Source of the DNA: an uncultured virus (IMG/VR IMGVR_UViG_3300031087_000513)
Taxonomy: Duplodnaviria; Heunggongvirae; Uroviricota; Caudoviricetes
Reading direction: 5' to 3' (one strand)
Virus record (IMG/VR): IMGVR_UViG_3300031087_000513
DNA length: 52,544 nt
Of the stretch, positions 9,103-18,795 are shown in pieces. The position numbers and the translations under genes are program-made. Within the stretch, counting starts at the first letter, position 1. Every line of letters begins with the position of its first letter. The notes beneath the pieces are model-generated. The model worked only from the letters and a program-made list of their open reading frames with translations. It was not told the origin of the DNA and did not search any database.

Positions 9103-10698
9103 ATGTCCTCGTACGGTTCGTCGTCTCGCAGCGCGGGATTTGTCGGCGGTATCTTCGCCCTTGCGGCAGTCATCGGTATTGGTTGGCTGTTCTGGTGGGT
9201 CTGGGGTCCGACTGTGGCTCACACGTTCGGTGCTTCCTGGCGTGGTGGCTGGCTGTTCCTTCTGGGCGTGGTCCTCGTCATTGGCCTGGCTCTCGTTGCG
9301 ACTTTCATTTACGAGCAGTCTCCTGGGCTGGCGGTAGTAGCAATCATCGCAGCGCTGGGCATCACGGCAGTCGTCATCACTGGCTGGGTGCGTATCAACT
9401 ACGATACGGGGCACAAGTATGCGGAGGATATCAAGAAGTCCTCTGAGACTGTCTCCTACGACCAGCGTGTGCCGTATGAGGTTGCGCAGGCTTCTGCTTC
9501 TCAGAACATGAAGAACGTCACTGGTGAGCTTCAGGAGTCCAAGCACCTTGCTGACGCTGGTGAGCATGGCACCTGGGATGCCCTTGTTATTCGCCGTGGT
9601 TGGGCGCAGGGTTACGAGGCTGTTCAGACGCTGAATGCTCCGCTGTTCGGTTCTGTGAACGACAAGGACGCTTCGTTCTGCAAGTTCAACCGTGACGCTC
9701 AGCTTCGCATCGGTGGTGGACTCCCGCACAACAACCTGAGTAAGGCTGCTCTGAGCAAGGTTCCGCTGAACGTGAACTTTGACCGTAGCGACGTGTACGC
9801 TTACTGCGATGGGGACACTCCGCTTGTCGTTGTCCCGATGAAGCAGGTCAGCGGTTGGTACGCTCCGACCTGGAAGGCTTGGGGTATCGTGGTCTACAAC
9901 GGTAAGACGGGCGCACTGAACGCTTACAACAAGGTTTCTGATGTTGAGAAGTTTGAGGGTCCGACGTACCCGATTAGCCTTGCCGCTCAGCAGCGTGACG
10001 GTCTTGACTCCACGGGTTCCTTCTCGGACCACTGGTTCAAGCGAGTCGGTTACAATGCTTCCAGTGACAACCCTGATGCTCAGCTTCGCGTGTATGACTC
10101 CACTGACTCCGCTTACGTGACTGCTCTCAACCCGAAGGGTTCCTCGCAGAGCATTGTTGGTACGGTTTCTGTGGACTCTAAGTTCACAGGTTCTGGTAAG
10201 CGCAACCCGCTTGAATTGGACACTCTGGGGAACTCCCACACTCTTCCGTCCATCAATTCGCAGCAGCAGACGATTGGTAACACGTATTCCAACCTGAACG
10301 GCTTTGCTGTCAGCCCTGACAAGGGTGGATATGAGTTCTACGAGATTGTTCCTGGTAAGAACGGGGCCTGGACTGCTTCCATCGGTCGTAATCTGAGCAT
10401 CCTGTACCGTGCAACGGTTGAGGTGAAGGATGGTTCCACTGTCGTCACTTTGTACGATGCTAACGGTGACAAGGTTGACGGTCTGGGGAACGGCAGCACT
10501 GACCAGTCTGAGGGCAACACTAACGACTCTGACAACGGCGGTACTGTGACGGTTCCGCTGCCTGAGGGCGCTAAGAGCCTGTCGGACCTGTCTGACGCTC
10601 AGTTGCAGGAGCTTGGTCAGAATGTCATCAAGGAGCTTGGTAAGCGAGCGAACCAGACTCCTGAGGCAACAGCCTCAGCAACTCCCGCAGGGAAGTAA
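9103..10698 (+). CDS. membrane protein, about 3 TM helices plus large extracytoplasmic domain
   Basis: 531-aa ORF, hydrophobic N-terminus; TTGACA(9030)-17-TACTGT promoter. Confidence 0.85.
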   Translation: MSSYGSSSRSAGFVGGIFALAAVIGIGWLFWWVWGPTVAHTFGASWRGGWLFLLGVVLVIGLALVATFIYEQSPGLAVVAIIAALGITAVVITGWVRINYDTGHKYAEDIKKSSETVSYDQRVPYEVAQASASQNMKNVTGELQESKHLADAGEHGTWDALVIRRGWAQGYEAVQTLNAPLFGSVNDKDASFCKFNRDAQLRIGGGLPHNNLSKAALSKVPLNVNFDRSDVYAYCDGDTPLVVVPMKQVSGWYAPTWKAWGIVVYNGKTGALNAYNKVSDVEKFEGPTYPISLAAQQRDGLDSTGSFSDHWFKRVGYNASSDNPDAQLRVYDSTDSAYVTALNPKGSSQSIVGTVSVDSKFTGSGKRNPLELDTLGNSHTLPSINSQQQTIGNTYSNLNGFAVSPDKGGYEFYEIVPGKNGAWTASIGRNLSILYRATVEVKDGSTVVTLYDANGDKVDGLGNGSTDQSEGNTNDSDNGGTVTVPLPEGAKSLSDLSDAQLQELGQNVIKELGKRANQTPEATASATPAGK

Positions 10699-10888
10699 GT
10701 ACATAACCTCAATGAGGTCATGACGCTTGAACGAAAGCCTTCTGTCGGTTTTCAAGTAATGCACTCATGGCCTCATTGAGGTTTTCCCAATGAGTAAGTA
10801 TCTCAGAGAGCTTGTTCGGAGCTGTCTTCCAGTAATCTCCTTCACGAAGGGCTTGACTTTTCCTTCGTGAAGGAGTATTGTCGTACCC

Positions 10889-11461
10889 ATGAGAGAGAAG
10901 ACTAAGCTTCGTTACCAGATTCAGGTCCGCACGGCTGATGGGGAGGGATGGGAGAACCGTCCTTCTGGCACGAGCCTGTTGGCGAATGACCTGTGGAGCC
11001 TCCACCAGCGTGTCTGGGGTATGATTCGTAACGGTAGGGCAACCTACGAGACGGTTCGTATCTGGGACAACGAGGAGAAGCAGGTTTCTGAGGTTCCGAC
11101 CTCTTGCCCTGTCGACCCTGCTCGCAGGTTGGAGATTAACAAGCGCACTGCTGAGCGTAAGGCTCAGGAGGAGATTCGTTATGCCCAGGAGCGTGCTGAG
11201 GCTGAGGTGCGTTACCAGGCGTACCTCGTTGCGGAGGAGACTGCTCGCCAGGCACTTCGCGCGACGAAGGTTGAGACGGTTGACCAGTTCAACCAGCTTG
11301 ACCGCCTTCAGCGAGACCTTCTTGTTGGTGACGTTGCTTCGGCATACCGTGACACTGACATTGACGGTTACGGCGATGAGGGTGCAGGGTATGACGTGGA
11401 TAAGTTCACTGAGAAGCTTCTTGCTATGGGCTGGACGTATAACCCTCAGGGTGTACGTTAA
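10889..11461 (+). CDS. hypothetical protein
   Basis: AAGGAG SD, codon usage like neighbours. Confidence 0.75.
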   Translation: MREKTKLRYQIQVRTADGEGWENRPSGTSLLANDLWSLHQRVWGMIRNGRATYETVRIWDNEEKQVSEVPTSCPVDPARRLEINKRTAERKAQEEIRYAQERAEAEVRYQAYLVAEETARQALRATKVETVDQFNQLDRLQRDLLVGDVASAYRDTDIDGYGDEGAGYDVDKFTEKLLAMGWTYNPQGVR

Positions 11462-11883
11462 TGTCCTTGCTGGAACCTCCTGCTTATGTGAACTGGCGCT
11501 CCCGCGCTCTTACAGCGGAAGCTGCTGTCACTGAGCTGGAACTTCGGTTTGAAAATCAGGGGAAAGTGGGTCCGCATCGCGTGATTGCACGTGGTGCGGC
11601 TCACACCCCTGAGGGCGAGCTGGTTTATAATGAAGGCTATGCTGGCGGGTCAGGGCATGCAAAATGTTCCTGCGGCTGGATTTCACCCCGTTCTTACATG
11701 GCAGGGAACTCTCGCAAGACTGTTCATCGTGAGCATGCTGAAATTGAGAACTTTCACTCTCAGCTGAATCAGGTTCGCCATATTGTTGAGCAGATGGAAG
11801 GAAACCTCCAAGCAGGACGTTCTCCCTACTTGGAAGCGTACCGAGCGCTTGCGAAAGCACTTGGTCTTCCCGAAAAGTTTTGA
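11461..11883 (+). CDS. hypothetical protein with CxCGW..H..H zinc motif
   Basis: TAATG coupling; AKCSCGW...HREH. Confidence 0.7.
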   Translation: MSLLEPPAYVNWRSRALTAEAAVTELELRFENQGKVGPHRVIARGAAHTPEGELVYNEGYAGGSGHAKCSCGWISPRSYMAGNSRKTVHREHAEIENFHSQLNQVRHIVEQMEGNLQAGRSPYLEAYRALAKALGLPEKF

Positions 11884-11942
11884 AGTAACACCAACTATTG
11901 TAGTCAGTTGCCTACTATTGTAGGCGGAAAGAAGAAGCACTT

Positions 11943-12629
11943 ATGAGCGACATTGAGGACCTGGAAGAGCAGGAATCGGTCCAGAAGATGAAGCAGTTGT
12001 TCCAGCCAAAGGATGAAATGAACGAAGCTGGTGAAATCACGATTCAAATTTTCAAGAACCGCCTAGGGCAGCTCCGCGCTGACCCTCGGCTTGATAACCA
12101 TCCTGGGGATACTCAGGATGGTCCTTGGAACGAGAACCATCCTGTCACCATGGAGGAGTCTGTTCTTGGAGCGCAGCGGAACACAAACTCCCGCTTTTTG
12201 GAGCTGCTTGCTGAGGAAGCGAATGGTGCTGTTGAGACTGACCTTCCTGAGGGTGAACCCCTGGTGATTACCCTCATCGGTCCTATCCGTACCTGGTGGG
12301 GCCGTTTGGAGTCACCTGAGTATGCTGAGTACAACACTTGGCGTAAAGCTATCCAGTCCGCTGTGGTTCATGCAGGTCACCTTGTGTACTCCCCTCATCT
12401 GGCCTGGAAGGGTGCCTGGCATGAGAAGGCTCAGCGAGCAAACGATATGGCTATTATCCAGTCGGATGTTGTCATTGTAATGACTCCACCTGATACGGTA
12501 GCGGTTGGTACTGCTGCTGAGATTGCAGTGGCGAAGGAGCATAACGTTCCGTTGATTGATGCCCCTCCTGGGGATGAAAACGCGCTACGTGCCCTTCTGG
12601 CGCAGCTGGCTGCTGTTCGCGTCTCGTAG
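11943..12629 (+). CDS. nucleoside 2-deoxyribosyltransferase-like domain protein
   Basis: TLIGP, VYSPH, D..II.SDVVIV, S/VGT..EI..A...VP in C-terminal half. Confidence 0.6.
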   Translation: MSDIEDLEEQESVQKMKQLFQPKDEMNEAGEITIQIFKNRLGQLRADPRLDNHPGDTQDGPWNENHPVTMEESVLGAQRNTNSRFLELLAEEANGAVETDLPEGEPLVITLIGPIRTWWGRLESPEYAEYNTWRKAIQSAVVHAGHLVYSPHLAWKGAWHEKAQRANDMAIIQSDVVIVMTPPDTVAVGTAAEIAVAKEHNVPLIDAPPGDENALRALLAQLAAVRVS

Positions 12630-12642
12630 TTCGTAAAACATG

Positions 12643-12678
12643 TGTAAGCCCCGCAGAAACGCTTCTGCGGGGCTTACA
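12643..12678 (+). terminator. intrinsic terminator hairpin
   Basis: 16-bp inverted repeat after stop of 11943..12629. Confidence 0.75.
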
Positions 12679-12727
12679 TGTACCGATAAGCCTTATTACC
12701 TCCACCAGAGATAATAAGGAAATAACA

Positions 12728-13132
12728 ATGTACACCTACGGACGTAATACGCGTACCCATAATGCAGTTCTCGTGCTTCTCAAACGCACACTGACATTAT
12801 CAGAAGTATCTGACTCGAGACTCTCTCCTGATGCAGTTTTAGAACTCTTACAAGATGATGAACAAATTCATCCTGTGCTGCGAAATGCTATGAAAGAAGC
12901 TCTAAGCCAAAAAAAGAGGTCTGCATGGATAGTTCTTTGGAATAACGAAGTAGTATCCAATCCTATCCTGCAAACTATCATGAATTTGGGGTACCAACAG
13001 AATCGATCTCTTACTCAAACGCTAAGAGCGGCTCTATCTTTGGCAGCGTTCGAAGAAGAAAAACTGCCATTTTCCAGTACATATGAAGAACGGTACGAAA
13101 TAAAAAAAGATTATGATGCTTGGCTTATCTAA
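12728..13132 (+). CDS. hypothetical protein
   Basis: AAGGA SD sits in the right arm of a hairpin; CGATA motif at 12684. Confidence 0.65.
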   Translation: MYTYGRNTRTHNAVLVLLKRTLTLSEVSDSRLSPDAVLELLQDDEQIHPVLRNAMKEALSQKKRSAWIVLWNNEVVSNPILQTIMNLGYQQNRSLTQTLRAALSLAAFEEEKLPFSSTYEERYEIKKDYDAWLI

Positions 13133-13147
13133 AAACTTCTAAATGAG

Positions 13148-13190
13148 TTGTGGGCAGTAGTTTACCTGTGGAGGTAACTACTGCCCACAA
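13148..13190. terminator. bidirectional terminator
   Basis: TTGTGGGCAGTAGTT.ACCT/AGGTAACTACTGCCCACAA between convergent genes. Confidence 0.8.
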
Positions 13191-13193
13191 TTT

Positions 13194-14231
13194 TTATGCC
13201 TGGCGTTTATGCCAGTCGATTTTTGTTGGAATTTGGTTCCGGCCTAACTGAATTTTTTCAGATTCTAAATCCTGCAACACTAATGCTATGTCTTCTGGGG
13301 TAATAACTGCATGGCCATAACTGTCATGAGCTCCACGCATTCCTCTTCGCCAGTCAATGATAGCGTGCTGCTTCTGACCAGCATCACGCTTATTCGTTGC
13401 GATACGTGTCAGGATAGTGAAATGCTCGGACACTCCACCCACAATCCAAGGCTGTCCATCTCGCTTGAATTTTAGTTTGTCACCAACTTCCAATTCAATT
13501 CGAGGAGTTGCAGGTGGGGTGTTGTAACGAGTGTAAATGATATCATCACTATTAGCCTCATCTACAGAAGGCAAGCTGCGAAGACGACCTAAGAGCATTT
13601 GTAAGAACATGTTCTTCTCAGGTAGTGAAGACAGTACCCACATCCAAGAGGAAAGCAGAATCCCATCAACAGAGAAAGACTGTGCGTTCTTCGCAGAAGC
13701 GGCATCCTTTCTTAGCTGTTCTCGGATGTGATTGACAAACTCGATAGGAGCGGCTCTCTCAGTTCTGAGCTTCTCTTTGTACGGAGCTGCTGATTTGACT
13801 GTCCACAGGAATTTCTTATCCAATCGTTCCAACTCAGCAGCCAAGTCGTGCTTGTCAAATGAAATCGTGTTTGTAGTACCCCATTCAGCAATAAACTCAG
13901 CAATATAATGGTGGTAGCAGAAGTAGTTACCCTGGTCAACAAGTTTTCTATACTCAGCGCCTACTTCATGAAGAAGAGCGAGTGTTCTATCATCTACATC
14001 ATCAGAGGACGTAACAAGTGCGTATACTGCTGCGACCCAAGGTTTTTGGAACGCCTGATGCATCCAAGGCTCTTCATCATACTGGTCCAAGGCTCCATAA
14101 CCAGCAAGAAAAGCTTGCCAAGGTTTCCGCATCGCTAAGGTATCCAAATGGCGAGCGGCCACAGAATACAGTTCACCTGTGAGGGCCATGCGTGCACGGA
14201 TATCTTGTTTACGAGAACGTTCATTTGTCAT
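13194..14231 (-). CDS. hypothetical protein with N-terminal RAR-x3-TGE-x-Y domain
   Basis: MTNERSRKQDIRARMALTGELYSVAARHL; same N-terminal pattern as 47598..48035. Confidence 0.75.
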   Translation of the reverse strand: MTNERSRKQDIRARMALTGELYSVAARHLDTLAMRKPWQAFLAGYGALDQYDEEPWMHQAFQKPWVAAVYALVTSSDDVDDRTLALLHEVGAEYRKLVDQGNYFCYHHYIAEFIAEWGTTNTISFDKHDLAAELERLDKKFLWTVKSAAPYKEKLRTERAAPIEFVNHIREQLRKDAASAKNAQSFSVDGILLSSWMWVLSSLPEKNMFLQMLLGRLRSLPSVDEANSDDIIYTRYNTPPATPRIELEVGDKLKFKRDGQPWIVGGVSEHFTILTRIATNKRDAGQKQHAIIDWRRGMRGAHDSYGHAVITPEDIALVLQDLESEKIQLGRNQIPTKIDWHKRQA

Positions 14232-14380
14232 GATTAATCCATTCTTCGGTCAACCTACGCTCAACCGAAATGGTTTTCATGGTTGATGAACAGCTCACAG
14301 GATTTGAAAAACCTTGCTCTCAGCGTTGGAGCTGCGTAGGAACTAACCAACTTGAGACAGGCATCTGTGAAATGCCTACA
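14232..14380 (-). ncRNA. candidate structured cis-regulatory 5' leader RNA (copy A)
   Basis: CCTACGC/GCGTAGG closing stem, inner TCAACC/GGTTGA hairpin, colinear similarity to 47440..47597. Confidence 0.55.
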
Positions 14381-14436
14381 AGGAGATTCTACCATAGACC
14401 TTTTATTCTTACCAAGAAAATGCTATACTGGATGTT

Positions 14437-15045
14437 ATGACTATGACGAATCGTATTGCTATTCATGAGCCAGTTGACGTTCTCGAGTTCCATAAATTTG
14501 CCACTGAGCTTGTCACTCCCGAAGCTTTCAATGGTGAACCCATCATGACCATCAACGAGTCTAGTATCTGGAATGAAATGGAGCAGGGCTTAGATTCCCT
14601 ACTGTGGACAACTTTCACTGATAACCCTGTCCTTAATCCGGAAGAGTACAATCCTGCTCCTGACTTGGTGTACGCTCAACTTCATATTGACACGCCATAT
14701 GACTGTGAAGTTCGGGGTATGTCATGTGGAGCTTGGCAGGCTTACCTTATCAGTGAGATTGCCAACAAGTATCTTATCCCAAACGGATTCCGTTTCTCTT
14801 GGTATCACGAGTCAGCACATGTTTGGAACCGAGGAGCAGAGGACTTGGGTGCTTTGATTGAATCCGGACATGCAGCAACAAGCTGGTTCCAAAATGTTGT
14901 CAACCCTGTTCTTCCGCAGATAATGGCGGAAGTTACGCAGGAAATTCCAGAGCCGAAGGAAATGACTTCCGCAGAGCGTTTCATCCTGCGACGTAAGCAG
15001 TGGGAAGAAACCAGCCGTAGAGGACGACTCTGGTCTTCCTTCTAA
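14437..15045 (+). CDS. hypothetical protein
   Basis: Leaderless after TGCTATACT. Confidence 0.75.
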   Translation: MTMTNRIAIHEPVDVLEFHKFATELVTPEAFNGEPIMTINESSIWNEMEQGLDSLLWTTFTDNPVLNPEEYNPAPDLVYAQLHIDTPYDCEVRGMSCGAWQAYLISEIANKYLIPNGFRFSWYHESAHVWNRGAEDLGALIESGHAATSWFQNVVNPVLPQIMAEVTQEIPEPKEMTSAERFILRRKQWEETSRRGRLWSSF

Positions 15046-15048
15046 GGA

Positions 15049-15099
15049 AGTAAAAAGAGCGGCTCGTACCTGTATTAGGTACGAGCCGCTCTTTTTACT
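15049..15099. terminator. bidirectional terminator, 23-bp perfect stem
   Basis: AGTAAAAAGAGCGGCTCGTACCT and its complement, between convergent genes. Confidence 0.85.
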
Positions 15100-15104
15100 G
15101 AGTA

Positions 15105-15530
15105 TTACCGAAGCGCCCACCAACCGCTGTAACCAACAGGAATTGCAGGGAAGTTCTCCCAATGCTGGTCCAGCTCCTTCTGTGCTGCAACAGTGTCATC
15201 CCAAGTTTTCTCAGGACCCCACATAAACATGCCATCCCAACGGAACTGTGCATTACCGCCGTAGCGAGAGTCCATGTTCTGAATCATGTCCTCAATGAGA
15301 CCATCATCCGTGAAATCATGACCTTTCGTGTGATGTCCAACGGACCCCTTCACGACAGTCAGCTCATCACCTTTGCGCTTGAACCAGATAGCGGGAAAGC
15401 TAATCTGGTAATAGTTATACTCATGTCCGTTGATAGCGGTTCCATGAATATGCTTTTTACCCAGGAACGTGTCGAAATCAATGGCATAGAAGAACCGGCT
15501 CGTCGTGTACTTATCACTCTGATACATCAT
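15105..15530 (-). CDS. hypothetical protein
   Basis: GAGGA SD; 141 aa. Confidence 0.7.
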   Translation of the reverse strand: MMYQSDKYTTSRFFYAIDFDTFLGKKHIHGTAINGHEYNYYQISFPAIWFKRKGDELTVVKGSVGHHTKGHDFTDDGLIEDMIQNMDSRYGGNAQFRWDGMFMWGPEKTWDDTVAAQKELDQHWENFPAIPVGYSGWWALR

Positions 15531-15637
15531 AATGTGTCCTCATCCTCTAAACTTCTCATACTCAATTCTATCAAAAAAGACACAAAAAGTCCAGCTGGAA
15601 GAAAGTGTTTGCTACGCTGGAAGGATAGAATAGCGAA

Positions 15638-16012
15638 GTGAAGGAAACTGGTATGAACGTACCAAAAGATAATGTATGGTCTGCAACCTTACGTGAACTG
15701 TCAACGCTGGAACCAGGTTGGAATGAGGTTCACCCTAACGCTGCGGCGGTATCTGTTATTGCGTTGAACCGAGCTGATGAAGTCCTGCGTTGGTGCAAAG
15801 GGTTTCATACTCCTATGCCAACGGTTCAGCCGTTACCTGATGGCGGAGTAGCCCTACGTTGGTGGGATGATGAAGAAGAAATCAGCATTGAAGTCAACCC
15901 TGTGGGTAAAGTTTCTCTGTTCCAGTTGAGTATCTCCACATTAGAGACTGAACAATATGACTCATTAGACGATATGGTCATGGTTCGTGAATTCATCTCA
16001 CGGGTGATTTAA
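15638..16012 (+). CDS. hypothetical protein (GW-x-x family, paralog 3)
   Basis: L..LEPGWN...A.AVS...PTVQPLPDGGVALRW. Confidence 0.7.
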   Translation: MKETGMNVPKDNVWSATLRELSTLEPGWNEVHPNAAAVSVIALNRADEVLRWCKGFHTPMPTVQPLPDGGVALRWWDDEEEISIEVNPVGKVSLFQLSISTLETEQYDSLDDMVMVREFISRVI

Positions 16013-16064
16013 GAGCTTTGGCCAGCGAACCCGAAGACTCACTGGCCAAAGCGGTGAAAGTTGC

Positions 16065-16532
16065 TTAGACGAGCTTGTAGGTGTGCTGGAAGGCATCATA
16101 CTCAATGATGTAGCGGTCATCCGTCACATCAGTTTGTTCAGCACTGTCAACAGTGGTTGCAATGAAGCAATCCGCTGCACCATGCTGGTCTTCACCCCAC
16201 GGAGCAGTGATGGTAATAGGCTTTCCCGTAGGATTCTGAATCGCACGGATGAGACCATATGCAGTCCACTTACCGTTCTCCATTGTGTAACGGGCAAGGA
16301 ACTTCGCTGCGGGGAGGACGTACTGCTCACCGTCAGGGTTCGTCACGATGAAATCACCTGGCTGAGCAGTGTTCACCGTTTCCACGAAGCCATCCTTCAT
16401 AACAGTAGAGACAACTCGCTCCTCAGTCACCTGCTCAGCGTCAACAGTACCAAACTTCGTGAACAACGGGGCATTCTGCAAGGCTTCCGTAAACTCAGCA
16501 GTCTGCAGGTCAAGGCGGAGGGAATCGGTCAT
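16065..16532 (-). CDS. PGDYG-like domain protein
   Basis: AQPGDFIVTNPDGEQYV..F..Y; APWG..GD repeat. Confidence 0.65.
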   Translation of the reverse strand: MTDSLRLDLQTAEFTEALQNAPLFTKFGTVDAEQVTEERVVSTVMKDGFVETVNTAQPGDFIVTNPDGEQYVLPAAKFLARYTMENGKWTAYGLIRAIQNPTGKPITITAPWGEDQHGAADCFIATTVDSAEQTDVTDDRYIIEYDAFQHTYKLV

Positions 16533-16548
16533 AATCTTTTCACAACTT

Positions 16549-17163
16549 TCATAGAATTTTGTCAGTACGAAGCTGGCCCAACCAGGCAATGATAACAGAT
16601 TCGCTCACCGGTGTAAAGTCGTTCGAGTCAACACCAATGTGATACATCCTCCGACTATTGTCATCCCAGTTCTCACGCTGGTGAGTATGCCCATGCAGCA
16701 GCGGCAAACCAGTGTCAGCAGGATGGTGTTTCTCGTGACGGATAGGCTTCTTCTGCTTCCCATAGGAGTTCTTCAAATAAGGGAAATGGCTGAGAAGGAC
16801 TTCCTGACCATCAATCTCAACAGAAGTTGTCTCAGGAAGAATCGTAAATCCAGCATCTTCATATGTCTTACGATGCTTCTCAATATAGCTTTTCGAGTTA
16901 TCGCTGAACAGTTTGTCATGGTTGCCAGGGACAAAGAACTTGTTTCCAGTCATTCCCTGATAGACCCGAATAGAATCCTCCAGGGTTCCCATAGCAATAT
17001 CGCCAAGGAAGTATACGTCGTCATCATTGCCAACAACCGCGTTGTGGTTACCGATGAGGGTTGCATGCATATGTCCAAGAGACTTGAAAGGACGACCATC
17101 CCCAAGTCTTAGAATATTCTCATGACCTATATGGCCATCAGAGGTGAAAAATTTCATAATCAT
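16549..17163 (-). CDS. calcineurin-like metallophosphoesterase
   Basis: SD.H.GH, LGD, GNHD, SHFP, HGHTH, GVD. Confidence 0.92.
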   Translation of the reverse strand: MIMKFFTSDGHIGHENILRLGDGRPFKSLGHMHATLIGNHNAVVGNDDDVYFLGDIAMGTLEDSIRVYQGMTGNKFFVPGNHDKLFSDNSKSYIEKHRKTYEDAGFTILPETTSVEIDGQEVLLSHFPYLKNSYGKQKKPIRHEKHHPADTGLPLLHGHTHQRENWDDNSRRMYHIGVDSNDFTPVSESVIIAWLGQLRTDKIL

Positions 17164-17699
17164 GCAGCTTTCTGATTGACTCTACTCAGGAACCCGTCAA
17201 TCTTGTCCAACTCAGCAACAGTCAGACCGTGATGGCTTTTGGGCGTGATGAACAGACTGTCTTCTTGAGTGCTTTTCTTCACGTACTCACCCCAATGCTC
17301 ATGAGCATTGTCATCCACCCAAACGAATGGACGAGCATGTGCGTCCTGGTCGGCAAGGATAGCTTCTGCTTTCCACTGCGTCCAGTCACGCTTACCAACC
17401 TGAGCTGTATGCAGGTTCGCTGGAAGAACACGGCCGTTATCCAACCCGCCCAAATATTCAGCGAGGCGAAGAACAGTGTTGTTTTCGTTCCAGGTAGTCA
17501 ACCATACAAGCTCAGCATTGTACTCATGACGGAACGCTTCAATAGTCTTCACCACAGTCGGAGAGAACACAATGAGGTTCTCTGGACGGAAGTTGATGCT
17601 GTTCTCAACTTTGATGATGAACTGTTCAACTGATTCATGGAGAGGCTTCTTCGCGTTGAAGACTCCATCAAAGTCAAGGTACAGCGTTGCATCATACAT
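17160..17699 (-). CDS. HAD-family phosphatase (Swiss-army-knife RNA-repair type)
   Basis: LYLDFDGVFN, WLTTW, WK, FVWVDD, GLT. Confidence 0.85.
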   Translation of the reverse strand: MYDATLYLDFDGVFNAKKPLHESVEQFIIKVENSINFRPENLIVFSPTVVKTIEAFRHEYNAELVWLTTWNENNTVLRLAEYLGGLDNGRVLPANLHTAQVGKRDWTQWKAEAILADQDAHARPFVWVDDNAHEHWGEYVKKSTQEDSLFITPKSHHGLTVAELDKIDGFLSRVNQKAA

Positions 17700-17765
17700 G
17701 GTGGTTCAATCTTTCTGAGTCGTTTTGTACTAACATCTTACCACAGAAAGAACTGAACTCGCTAC

Positions 17766-18281
17766 TCAGAACAAGAAGTTTGCTGGGTCTTCTTGAACCT
17801 CAGGCTCTGCAACTTTCGGATACGTGATGGTTCTCTTCTCAGGGTCAATGATGACAATAGGAACATCTTTGCGTTTCGCGTAGCGGACACAGTTACCTGT
17901 TCCACCTTTGGTTCCATCCCAGACAGCCACGACAACAGTTCCATGGTCAACCATGTATTCGTTGCGTTTCTGATAAATCCATGGTCCAACATAATTCACA
18001 GAAGGGTCAACATTGACAACCTCTGCTGCGTTCTCCATCGCCCAGTCATACAATGCTTTATCCTGGTAGCGGGGTGCATGCGCAGCCCATGGGCGTGCAG
18101 CGACGAATGGAATGTTCAGTTCATAAGAAACTTTGGCTGAAAGTAGGTCAATACCTGCTGCCATACCTTGGATGAGCTTTTCAGGAGATAACGTTTGCAG
18201 TACTTCCGTGAGAGCTGATTTCACCCAGTCAGGGTCAGCAATTTTCTCTGGTCGGTGACCTGTGATAGCTACAATCGTCAT
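17766..18281 (-). CDS. YspA-like SLOG family protein
   Basis: ITGHRP, GMA.G.D, RN.YMVD, VWDG..GGT..CV.YA. Confidence 0.88.
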   Translation of the reverse strand: MTIVAITGHRPEKIADPDWVKSALTEVLQTLSPEKLIQGMAAGIDLLSAKVSYELNIPFVAARPWAAHAPRYQDKALYDWAMENAAEVVNVDPSVNYVGPWIYQKRNEYMVDHGTVVVAVWDGTKGGTGNCVRYAKRKDVPIVIIDPEKRTITYPKVAEPEVQEDPANFLF

Positions 18282-18334
18282 AATCCTCTACATCCTTACG
18301 TATATGCTTACCTTCAAGTATATACGAAGAAGAG

Positions 18335-18664
18335 TTATGAGTTCAAGAAAAGGTTCCTGAGACTTTCAACAACGGCAAATGCATGACGGTTCTGTGCAAC
18401 AGTCTGCCCAGCATCCATTTCAACATGCGGAAAGTTCTGAGGAAGAGCGTACTTCTTTACGTACTCGCGGGAGTCAATAGCGATAGACTCAATAGGCTGA
18501 GTGTCAAGCTCAATGTTAGACGTACTCACATAAGCAACAAGGTCAAGTGCAACAGTCGGATGCTTCAGCCTGAAGACAAACTCTTCGTTTTCCTCATCAA
18601 AAACGGAATTCGTGAAACCAAGAGCTTCAAGCTCGGTCTTCCACTCATCAATGTCAAAATCCAC
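18335..18664 (-). CDS. hypothetical protein
   Basis: 109-aa acidic ORF, AAAGG SD. Confidence 0.6.
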   Translation of the reverse strand: MDFDIDEWKTELEALGFTNSVFDEENEEFVFRLKHPTVALDLVAYVSTSNIELDTQPIESIAIDSREYVKKYALPQNFPHVEMDAGQTVAQNRHAFAVVESLRNLFLNS

Positions 18665-18795
18665 GATTCAACCTTTTCTCTCAAATGCTGGTAAGTACGA
18701 TCCTACTTTACCTGACTCATTCTTAGAAGTCAAACCAGGTTGAGTGTGGACAAAAGTGTGAGGGCGAAAGCCATTATGCTCTCGCCCTCACATGT

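Noticed and set aside
9097..10239. Long antisense ORFs (also 1722..2315, 23214..23831, 48127..48756)
   Set aside because: Shadows of codon-biased genes on the other strand; no motifs or start signals.
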